Below are positions 25,175 to 35,787 of a stretch of DNA of 64,000 bases, piece by piece; positions within the stretch are counted from its first letter, which is position 1, and every line of letters starts with the position of its first letter. Source of the stretch: Piromyces finnis finn (lineage: Eukaryota > Fungi > Neocallimastigomycota); NCBI GenBank assembly GCA_002104945.1, contig MCFH01000089.1, positions 1 to 64,000 of the forward strand. The letters are read 5' to 3'. A program made the position numbers and the translations under genes. The notes below the pieces were generated by a model. The model did not search any database, was not told the DNA's origin, and saw nothing but the letters and a program-made list of their open reading frames with translations.

Positions 25175-28100
25175 TCATTTCTTTGAAGGAATATCAATTA
25201 CAAATGGTTGATATCTATGTTTGATCATACCATTGTTATTCCTTGTATAGACTTGATCTTGACTTTCTTTTCTAGACTTTTTATTTTTTCTATAAAATTC
25301 TTGGATCAATTGTACATCTGTAATTTGATCTTCCGGGATCCAAGTATTTTCGTCAAGATTTTTCCATGTCATCAAGAAAGATTTCTTTCCATGATAATTT
25401 CTTTCTTGAATAATCTTATCAGGAATCCTATCAATAGTATCAGTAGTTAACTTAACATTTTTTCTTTTATTCATTACTGATCTATTTACAAATTCATTTT
25501 CGTTATAAGGTTCTAATAACGAAACATGAAAAATAGGGTGGCAACGTAAATTGTTTGGTAGTTTTAATTCAAATGCTAAAGGGCTTACCTTCTTGATTAT
25601 TTCAAAAGGTCCAAGCATTTGATCAGCAAGTTTTCTTTTGATATTTTTATTTGAAGGATTAATACCTTTTAATAACCAAACTTTTTTACCAACTTCGAAA
25701 TCTGGGGATTCCATTCTCTTTTGATCAGCATACTTTTTGTAGGTTTCTTTTGCTTGATCAAGATTTACTTTTAAAAATTTAATGTTTTCAGTAATATCCA
25801 AAATTCTTTGTTCAGCTCTATTTGGTCTATTCGCTGAAGGGATTTCAGGGTTAAATTTTGGATTGAACCCATAATTAGCGAAAAACGGAGATTGGTTGAT
25901 TGATTGCTGTAAAGTATTGTTATAAGCAAATTCAGCAAAAGGTAACAAGTCAACCCAATTATTCTGTTTTTCGTTAATAAAACAACGGAGATATTGTTCC
26001 AATATCCCGTTTACCCTCTCCGTTTGACCATCAGTTTCAGGATGGTTTGCAGTAGAAAAAGCAAGTTTAATATTTAACAAATTACATAAACGATTCCAAA
26101 AGTCTGAGGTAAATTGAGTACCTCGATCAGAAATGATGGAATCAGGAAAACCATGTAATTTAAAGATATTGTTAACAAAAACATCAGCTGCTATAGAAGC
26201 AGTAGGCAAACATCTTAAAGGAATAAAATGAGCCATTTTTGTTAACCTATCTACTATAACCATAATGGTAGTCATGTCTTTGGATTTAGGAAGCTCGACA
26301 ATAAAATCCATTGACAATTCCGACCAAGCTCTATTAGGTGTGGAAAGAGGAGAAAGCAAACCATATGGTTTATGTCTTGGAACTTTAGCTTTACAACAAG
26401 TTTCACAAGACTTTATAAACTTTTTAACATCATAACTAAACTTTGGCCACCAAAAATTTCTACTAATTAATTCAATAGTTTTATTAACACCAAAGTGACC
26501 AGCAGAAATAGAATCATGATGTAATTCTAAGACCCTAGTTCTTAGTGAAGAAGGAACATAAATTAAATTATCATAAAGTAAAAATCCTTCTTTATCAATT
26601 TTAACTTTATTAATATTCCTAATCGGAGGGGACGAAGAATTTTTATCATTAAGAAATACACAAACTTTATTATATAAATCATCATTTTTTAAGGAACATA
26701 GAATAGAATTAATTAAAGAATCATCTTTATTAAAAGAATTAATTACATTACATGAAATAAAATTACAACTAAAATTACTACATTCAATATTTTCATTAAT
26801 CCTATCATTATTATAAATATTACAGATATGATCACTACGTCTGGATAACAAATCAGGTTTACCAGACTTTTTTTCCAGCTCTATAAATTAACTTAAAATC
26901 AAATCTTGATAAAAATTCATACCATCTTATCTGTCGTTGTGAGAGCATCTCAGGCTTTCTTAGAAAGGTTAAATTCTTATGATCAGTATAAATGATGAAC
27001 TGATGCTTTGCACCTTCCAGATAATGCCTCCATTCTTCAAGAGCCACTTTGATAGCGAGCAACTCTTTATCATAAATTTGATAGTTTCTTTGAGACTTGG
27101 TTAAGCTAGATGAAATAAAAGCAATAGGGTGCAATTGCCCTTCAAATTCTTGTGAAAGAATTGCACCGACAGCAAAGTTACTAGCGTCAGTCTCAACAAT
27201 AAAAGGTTTGTTGCTATCAGGGTTCATTAAGATAGGAGCTGAAGTAAAAGCCTTTTTAAGTGTAACAAATGCATTTTGACACTCAGAAACCCAATTAAAA
27301 GGAACATTTTTCCTAGTAAGTTTGTGTAGAGGACTAGCAATTTTCGCAAAGTCTTTAATAAAAATTCTATAATAATTACATAATCCAATAAAGGATTGAA
27401 CTTCTTTAACGTTTGTAGGAACAGGCCAGTCGAGGATAGCTTTAACTTTATCTCTATCCATTTTCAGACCATCTTTGGATAATACATAACCAAGGAAAGT
27501 GGTTTCTGAAACATCAAACTCACACTTCTCTAACTTAACATATAAATTATTTTCTAATAATTTTTTCAATACTTTTTTAACATGTTCATGATGTTCTTCT
27601 AGGCTATTTGAATATATTAGAATATCATCAATATATGATATAGCAAAATCATCTAAGTAATCACTAAGGACATCATTTATGAAATGTTGAAACGTAGCTG
27701 GTGCATTCTTTAAACCAAAAGGCATGACGAGATATTCAAAATGCCCATATCTTGTTCTAAAGGCAGTTTTGTATTCATCACCCTCTTTGATTCTTACTAA
27801 ATTATAAGCAGACTTTAAGTCCAATTTAGTAAAGTACTTCGCACCCTTCACTCTATCCAATAAGTCACCAATTAACGGAAGAGGATATGAATTTCTAATT
27901 GTCATGTCATTTAGCTTCCTATAATCAACGCAAAGTCTTAATGACCCATCTTTCTTTTTGACAAATAAAACAGGTGCACCGGCAGGAGATGTAGATTTCC
28001 TAATGAAACCTTTTTCTAAATTTTCATTAATATAATTTTTTAATTCATCTCTCTCTGCCTCTGTTAAAGGATAAAGAGGACCATAAAACAAGTTAGAATT

Positions 28101-30041
28101 ATCCTTTAACCTGATTTCACAATCGTATACACGATGTGGAGGTAAAATATCACAATTCTTTTCATTGAAAACCTCTTTAAATAATAAATATTGTTTTGGA
28201 ATATCAACAGATTTTTTATCTTTATTTAAATTATTATTTTCAGTTTTACATTTATTAATAATATTACAAGATAAATCATTATGGTTTCTATCTGAATTTA
28301 TTACACAATAATTGCTATTATAAAACACTTTTTTTGAAAATGAGTATTGTTTTGGTCCGGGGACCGAATTATTATCTTTATTTAAATTTTCATCAATACA
28401 ATTAATATTATTACATGTACATTTAAAATTACAATTATTATCATTATTATTATTTAAACTGTTACTACATTTAATTTTATCCAAACTATCTAATTTACTA
28501 ATGGTTTTAACAGAGGTTCTTCGACCTCTAATATTAACAGTTTCCTCGTCATCACTGGAGTCACAATAAGAGGATTCGTCATATTCGGGGGAACCAAGGT
28601 CACTACAATAGGATTGTTCGTTTTCACTATCCAAGACAGCTTCTTTCCCTTTTCTTGATGATGTCATAGATTCCCTATTCTTATTGATTGTGCCCTTATT
28701 TTTTCTTTTACCTACATTACAGTGTCGAGCACAGTATCCGGAGCTAAAGGCAATTTTGGAGGAATCGTGATAATAAACCGGACAATGTTTCTCGATCCAA
28801 GGTACTCCAAGAATTATATCAACTTCAGGAATTCTAAGTGCATATAATTGAATGATTTCGTAATGATTTCTCAAACGAAGGATGCACTTTTCGGATTCCT
28901 TTTTCACGGTAGATGTACCTTGCCCTAAACCAGAAACCTTGAAAGATTCAGCAATATTTGAAAGTTTAATATTATTGACTCGGGCGAACTCGGGGTGGAT
29001 GAAATTAAGATCGGAACCAGAATCAATAAGTACCTTAGCCTTGACTTCATCAATATCATTGGTTTTGATATAAAAATCAATGATATTTTTCTTTTCACCT
29101 TTATGAATTTCGAATATGTTTGAAGTTCCCTTGGAATTAAGATTATCCTTTTTAATTTTCTTGATTGAAGGGCTAGCTTCGTCTTCTGAATAGCATCTCT
29201 TGATAATTTTTACATTTTTTGGTTTCTTTTTGTTTGGACAATTGAATTGAAAGTGTCCAGACTTTCCACAAGTAAAGCAAACTCCCTTCTTCTTAGCCTC
29301 AGTGCGATTTATTTTATTTTCATCGTAATTACTTCTATGAGGAGGGAAGTAATTAACCTTTCTTTGACCTAAACTGATCCTATATAAGTCCACATCCATA
29401 GGATCATTTTGGTTATAATTTCTTCGGTCTTGATGCGTCATGTAATATTCACTGATATCATTTCTCTTAGTAAGATTTTCAATACTAAGGACATCAGAAT
29501 AAAGACGCTCTAATTGAGAGGGATTTGGATTCACTACAGCTAAATGTTCACGCATTTTTGGATGTAATCCTTTTGTGAACATGTATATTTTTGCTGCTTC
29601 ATTGAAATTCGAATTTTGGCTAACGCGTTGAAATTCGTTAATGTATTCGAACACCTTGCCAAATTTTCTTTGTTTAATGTTGCAAAGTCTTCCATTTGCA
29701 ACAATCGTATCATTATTCGGATCCCCGAAATTGGTACGAAGGGCAGTAATAAATTGATCATAGTTCCTTAGAACGGCGTCGTTATTTTGTCTTAAACGGG
29801 CGGCCCATTCTAAAGGTCTATTAACAAAGTAGGATATCAAGAAGCGGACTCTCGCTTCATCATTAACGAATCTATCAGGGTTAGCTTCAATAGCTAGCTC
29901 AACCCTAGTCAAGAACCCGTCTAGTTCTTGTCTGCGGCCTGTGAAAACCGGAGGATCATTAACTATCCTCAAGGACTCTCCTTGGCGTTCCATGTTTTCG
30001 TCTAAGTGTAATTTATCTAAGAGATGGTTTATTTCTTCCAA
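25175..30041 (-). CDS. Element B gag-pol with chromodomain; single frameshift in a T7 run at about 26868
   Basis: ORF 26859-30041 (gag, CFTCGKSGHFQFNC, LIDSGS, YIDD, RNase H) and ORF 25175-26851 (integrase, chromodomain). Removing one T restores RAGKKSGKPD as in element A. Confidence 0.93.
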
Positions 30042-30236
30042 TATGATTATGTTATAAATATTTAATTTTTTATAATATTTTAGTTAAGATGTCGTCGTAA
30101 CTCTATCCTGTCAAACGGTGTTAGACGAGCTCTTAAAAATATTATAACAAAATTAAATATATTCAATATATATGGAAGACCTTTGAGTAACAAGCACCAA
30201 GTTAACTAGCCCTCAGAAGGTACGATGAAATTCCGA

Positions 30237-30412
30237 AACGCGGTAGATTTTCCTAAAAACGCGGTAGATTCCCTATACACACAGTAGATTCCCTATACAC
30301 ACAGTAGATTTTCCTAGAAACGCGGTAGATTCCCTATACACACAGTAGATTTTCCTAGAAACGCGGTAGATTCCCTATACACACGGTAGATTTTCCTAGA
30401 AACGCGGTAGAT
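30237..30412. repeat. Tandem array of 20-21 bp GTAGATT-core units in the leader of element B
   Basis: Alternating units acgcggtagattttcctagaa and acacagtagattccctatac, about 9 units. Confidence 0.9.
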
Positions 30413-30476
30413 ATGAAAAAAAATTTAAAATATGTTTTATTAGAAAAATTTTATAACGTGTTTTATTATGCAAAAG

Positions 30477-30487
30477 GTAATTGTTAT
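30477..30487 (-). promoter_or_regulatory. Self-priming PBS of element B (ATAACAATTAC)
   Basis: Abuts the 5' LTR and is the exact complement of LTR positions 30636-30646. Confidence 0.85.
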
Positions 30488-31213
30488 TGTAAAAATTTTA
30501 AAATTTAAAACAGATTATAAAATTTTACAATAAAACATAAAACACGAAATAAATAAAAAGAAACAAGAAAAACAAAATCTATTTAAAAATATCTCTTTTA
30601 TTAATTTTATTTAGTTATTAACTAAATAATAGTCAATAACAATTACATCGTTTAACTATGAAATTTTACATGTATTTATATTTTTTACAAATTATATTTT
30701 AATATACTATTCTATTTAATTATACATATATTCAATATAAAATAAACAAAACTAATTTAATATTAATTTAATTAAATAATAAAATAATAAAACTAAACTA
30801 AAATTAATTAAATACACTTTTGATTCAATTTGAGTAAACTACAAATTGAATACAGTCCATGTATTACCTATATATTAATTAAATATTAATAATACTATTT
30901 ATTATATATTTACTATTAAAAAATACTAATTTAAAACTACGCTAAAGTTATTAAACTATTTTTAATTAAATAAGAACTTTTTAAGATTTAATTTGAATAT
31001 TTAAAATATTTAAATTTAATTATCCATTAATTTAAATATTTATCCAAATTTCATTTCCAATTTTGATATTTTAAAATTAATATTTATTTAATTATTCCTT
31101 AAAATTTATATAATAAATTTTATAAATAATTTTTCATTAAAATATCAAAATTATTATTTAATAATTATTAATTAATTATTAAATAATTTAAAGATATATA
31201 TTATATCTTTACA
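30488..31213 (-). repeat. 5' LTR of element B
   Basis: Matches 24416-25142. Confidence 0.95.
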
Positions 31214-31285
31214 ACCAGTGAATAATGGTGGAGCATTAATAATGCTTCCATGATTCCCAGCAGCATTCTCCATTCTATCCGTCAT
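31214..31285 (-). pseudogene. Displaced 5' end of element A gag
   Basis: MTDRMENAAGNHGSIINAPPLFTG joins in frame to RQRELDGFLTRVEL at 24410 once B and one TSD copy are removed. It parallels PPVFTGRRQELDGFLTRVEL in B. Confidence 0.9.
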
Positions 31286-31399
31286 TTCCTCCAAATTCCA
31301 ATTATCAAATATATTTATTAATTCCTCCAATTCACCAACTAGACACTAAATGAAAAAATTAAGATTACCGATTGTTTCCTGCTACTATTACAAGCAAGT

Positions 31400-31442
<43 letters not shown>

Positions 31443-31559
31443 CAAAGTAACTAAAGAAAAATCTATACTAAAACGTTGCTTCAGACTCTCTCTGTATGTT
31501 ACAGTGTCGAGCAAGATAATAGAATAAATTTATAAAAATGGTAGCTCACAAAGACACTA

Positions 31560-31697
31560 GTAGTTATCCAAGATATCCGGTAGTTCCAAAAGATATCAGT
31601 AGTTATCCAAAATATCCGGTAGTTCCAAAAGATATCAGTAGTTATCCAAAATATCTGGTAGTTCCCAAAGTTATCAGTAGTTATCCAAGATATCCTA
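31560..31697. repeat. 39-bp tandem array (two GTAGTT-core subunits) in the leader of element A
   Basis: Unit gtagttatccaaaatatccggtagttccaaaagatatca, about 3.5 copies. Confidence 0.9.
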
Positions 31698-31720
31698 ACG
31701 TACTCTTATTTGTATGTTAG

Positions 31721-31731
31721 GTAATTGTTAT
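31721..31731 (-). promoter_or_regulatory. Self-priming PBS of element A (ATAACAATTAC)
   Basis: Abuts the 5' LTR and is the exact complement of LTR positions 31856-31866. Confidence 0.85.
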
Positions 31732-32336
31732 TGTAATGTTGAACACTGAAAGAATAGATTAGGATATCTATTCTATTACAATAACACAAGATTTTGAAAA
31801 AATAAAATAAAAAATTGTTTTATAAAATATCTTTTATTATAATAGAATTTTAATAATAACAATTACATCGATAAAATGATGAAAAATATCTTCTATTTAT
31901 ATTTTTCCTAAATACATTTATATTATATTATAACTATTTATTTCTTATATATTATTATTTAAAATCTACACTAAAATCTTAATTATTAATAAATATTTAA
32001 ACTATAACTATTTTTAGTAAAATACAATTGGCAATTCAAATTAAGTACTATTTAATTTGAATATGTGCCCATGTATTATTGATATATTAATCATTTATTA
32101 TTTATCTATTTCTATAAAAAACAATACTAAAACTAGGGATTTAAATTGAGAATATTAATTTGCTTGTTAAACATTAAAAATAAATTAATAATTTATTTTG
32201 TTTTAAACTTTAATTATTAATAAATAAATTATGTCTCATTTTCTTTGTCTGAATATAATTTGTGTAACTTACACAATAATACTTGTGGCTTAAGTTACAT
32301 TAAAGATATCAAACAGAGGCGTTTGATATCTTTACA
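31732..32336 (-). repeat. 5' LTR of element A
   Basis: Matches 19244-19848. Confidence 0.95.
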
Positions 32337-33881
32337 ACTAATACCAAGATCAGCAAAACTAGCAACTCCTTGAGCTGCATTAATACCTGTATCTAATTTA
32401 TGTGCTGTACTAGATTTACCTCCTCTTTTAGATAATGCTTTAACTTCTTTTTTAACTGCTTTCTTACCTATAGATTTAATAAGCTTTTTAGCAACATATT
32501 TAGTTGCTTGTTTTACTACTTCTTTTGCTAATGATCTAACAGCTGTACTAGCAGCAAAATCAATAACTACAGGTACTAATGCTGCTAATGGAAAGAATCT
32601 TTTTTCTAAATGAGTTTCATTATTATATGTATTGACATTATCGTCAACTAAAATAAAATCATAACTATTTTCATTTCGTTTATTTTTATTTTTATAAGAT
32701 GTATTTTCATTTATATAATCTATTTTACCTATTTCTATATATTCATTATCAAAATGTTCATAATCTTCTTTACTTAAATAATTATGTTCTGTAGTACTAG
32801 ATTTTTCTGTATAACCACTCCAATTTTTTTCTCTAGTAACGCCTGTAGTATTAGTTATAGCATGAGTATCATCTTCCGTAATTCCATGAATAGCAGATTC
32901 AGAATGCTCAATATTACCTGATAAATTTTTATCATCGGTTTTTGTAGATCCTTCAGAATGAGCAATAGAAACTGCTAATTCTAATGAATTAGTATCAGCA
33001 TTTGATTCTGATTGAGTAATACTATCAGTATGAGATAATGTAGAAGCCACTTCAATAATATTAGAAATTTCATCAGTTAAAATATCCGTATTACTTTCAA
33101 TATTTCCTATACTATGGGATATAACATGTCCTTCAGAGTTAGTAATGGAATATTGACGTTCATTATTAAAGGTAACAAGAGCATCACAAACAACTGTACA
33201 ACCTTTACAATTACTTACAGCTGCACAATTTGTAAAACCTTGTGATATTCCATTAGCAACATCATTTGAAATATTATTAATAACATTATTAATAGAATTA
33301 GGTAATTTCATTATACCACCTGTTGCATGTCTAATATTAGGAATACGATCATTAATGCCTATAATTAATGATTTATGGTAAGGATTATATTTTGGATTAT
33401 TACTAACTAATGGTATACACTGTTTATCACTATCTTTTAATTTATCATAAATAGAATTAATATAATTTGCAATTATTTTCTTTGATTCTTCAATTGTATT
33501 TTTACCTCTTACATATGGATTATTTACTTTATTTTTATTTTCAGGTATTTCATCATCATCATTATTATTATCTGCTTTATTTTCATTTTCTTGATTAGAT
33601 CTTTTTCTTAAATTTTCTTGAATCGATGAGATATCATAATAAATTCCAATACTATTAACCATAGTACTATTATCACACCAAGAAACTCCATACCAAGTAG
33701 GTCCTAAAATCTTTGCATATTCTTCTATTGTTTTAGCGAATACAACATTACCATCTTTGTCGAAATAAGCAGGATCATAAACTTTAGTTACACCTTGATG
33801 ATTATAACGACAAAATATTTTAGATTCGTTTGCTAAAATACTATTAGCAAAGAATATACAAAGTACAATATTAATTAACAT
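32337..33881 (-). pseudogene. Secreted toxin-like protein truncated at codon 515 by LTR A (Ser/Thr-rich beta-strand region, KR processing sites, cationic amphipathic segment)
   Basis: Signal peptide MLINIVLCIFFANSILA. Alternating S/T-rich stretch (SLELAVSIAHSEGSTKT) and KR sites LRKR, LEKR, LSKR. The last 13 aa of the called ORF (CKDIKRLCLISLM) are LTR sequence. Confidence 0.7.
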
Positions 33882-34473
33882 TAAAATTTTATATAATAAT
33901 TTTTGTCTTTTAAAAATAGTTTCAAAAAATCAGTTTATAAAGTATTTAAATAATTATTATTTATTAATATTTTTATTTAAAAAAAATTATTATTACATTT
34001 TTTTTTTATTAATGTTATTTCCTATATATATATATATATATATTTAAAACTAAAATTTAAATATAATTTATTAATTTCTTATTTATTATTATATTTTTAA
34101 AAAATATAAATAAACATAATTCTAATTTAAATATAGTAAAGCGTTAAAATCCAACGTAACTATTAACAATACTACATTTATTATAATTATTATATTATTT
34201 AAAAAGTTTAATAATAGAATTATTAAATATATCCAGAGAAATTTAACTCTAGTATTATAATTATACTTATATATATATATTTTTTGTAGTATTTTATTAT
34301 TATTATTTTTAAACGTTTTAAAAAACTTATGTATTTATTTACACAAGTTTTTTATTTTTTTTTTTAAAAAAAAATATAAAATATTTTAATTTTTTAATTA
34401 ATATTTATTTTTTATATTTCTATACTTTGAAATATTTTTATTATAATTAAAGATAGAAATTATATTATTAATT

Positions 34474-35184
34474 TTAATACAATAATATTAATAATAAAAA
34501 TAAAAATAATAAAATATTATTATTATTTTTAATATTGGTAGCATTATTAGTAATTTGTAAATTTCTACATTCATCTGATTCTAATATAGAAACAAAAGAA
34601 TTGAATGAAGTTAATTCTTCATAAGAATATTCACCAGAAGTAAGGGTTAAATTTTCATAAGCAATCAAATTATCAATATTAATACTTTTGTAAAACTTTA
34701 TTAAAGAATCAGTACATTTTTTAGATTTACAATTATCAATTAATACATTTGACTTATCACCTTTTACAATTGAATATATAGAAAATGGGCATAATTCATT
34801 ATTTTCATCTGTTAAACATTTAATATCATATGTTTGTGTTAAAGCTTTAAGTGTATTTGGTTGAAGAAATTCATTATATTGAGGAAATTGATTGCAAATT
34901 GGATAATATTTTGATGGATTGGGATCATTATAAAAATTTTGACATTTTTCAGATTTAATACTTTGACATTTTTCCTTATAATTGTTTAAAGTAATATAAG
35001 GTAAACAATTACTGCTAATATCTGAATGTTGATCTTCTTCAATACATTCTTCACTTAAATTATTATATACTTCTTCATCAAATTCTACATTTCTTTTATA
35101 TAAATCTAAAATATTAATAGAATTTACTTTAGAAATAATAGAAATTATTAAAATAATACTAATATATAAAAAATTAGTATTCAT
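34474..35184 (-). CDS. Secreted Cys-rich protein with hydrophobic C-terminus (probable GPI anchor); paralog of 42181-42894
   Basis: Signal peptide; Cys pattern SEECIEE...C.P.IT..NYKE.C..IKSEKCQ.FYNDP...CLTDENNELCPFSIY...CKSKKCT; C-terminal ILLFLFLLLILLY. Confidence 0.8.
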   Translation of the reverse strand: MNTNFLYISIILIISIISKVNSINILDLYKRNVEFDEEVYNNLSEECIEEDQHSDISSNCLPYITLNNYKEKCQSIKSEKCQNFYNDPNPSKYYPICNQFPQYNEFLQPNTLKALTQTYDIKCLTDENNELCPFSIYSIVKGDKSNVLIDNCKSKKCTDSLIKFYKSINIDNLIAYENLTLTSGEYSYEELTSFNSFVSILESDECRNLQITNNATNIKNNNNILLFLFLLLILLY

Positions 35185-35187
35185 TTT

Positions 35188-35403
35188 TATTAAGAGTTGT
35201 TTAATTTAGGTTTATAATTATGTCAACTTTATTAATATATTTTATGATAAAGAACTACTTAAGTTACATTCTTCTCAAACTACATGTATTTATACATTTA
35301 CATTGTGGCTTAAACATATAAAGTAATACAATACAAACAAATACGTTTCAATACATTTTAATACATGTCAATACATGTGACATACGTTTCACATATTCTA
35401 ACA
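35188..35403 (-). mobile_element. Short dispersed repeat, probable solo LTR (copy 2), with ATTTT TSD
   Basis: Homologous to 14299-14522. Flanked by ATTTT at 35183-35187 and 35404-35408. Confidence 0.7.
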
Positions 35404-35787
35404 ATTTTTATATATATTTTTATATATGATATTAATTTATTTTTATTATTATTAATATATTAATATAATTTATATTATAATATTTATTAATATTATTTTT
35501 AATATTAATTATTTTTTTTTTTTAAAAAAAATCATTTTATAAAATATTACATTTTAACTAATTATTCAATTGTATAAAGAAAGTATTAATGATAGAAGCA
35601 ATTATAAAATATTTAAGATTTTATTAGTTATAATATAAATACTTGTAAATGAAATATTATTTATTAAAGATAAATTGTATAAATTGTATAAATTGTGTAA
35701 ATTGATTTATTTTATTTATTATATAAATTAGAAAATTATATAATATAAATATATAAATATATTTGAAACTAATTTATAAATTTAAAA

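Larger units (their letters stand above)
24416..31213 (-). mobile_element. Ty3/gypsy chromovirus element B (6.8 kb), nested in gag of A
   Basis: LTRs 24416-25142 and 30488-31213 (1 substitution and 1 indel noticed). Perfect TSD ACCAG (24411-24415 and 31214-31218). PPT AAAGGGCGAGAT. Confidence 0.97.
19244..32336 (-). mobile_element. Ty3/gypsy chromovirus element A (about 6.3 kb without nested element B)
   Basis: 605-bp LTRs TGTAA...TTACA at 19244-19848 and 31732-32336 (at least 2 substitutions). PPT AGAGAGAGAGAT. Gag-PR-RT-RH-IN-chromodomain order. Flanks GTTGT and ACTAA do not match. Confidence 0.95.

Noticed and set aside
26851-26875. Programmed ribosomal frameshift in element B
   Set aside because: It lies between RNase H and integrase, not at a gag/pol boundary, and element A is in frame here. 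A mutation or homopolymer error is more likely.
20729-29761. Short ORFs overlapping gag-pol (20729, 21962, 23029, 23732, 25208, 25771, 27097, 28882, 29540)
   Set aside because: They are alternative-frame or antisense by-products of the retrotransposon coding sequence.
30237-30412. CRISPR-like regular repeats
   Set aside because: The units are contiguous with no unique spacers, lie inside a retrotransposon leader, and have no cas genes nearby.
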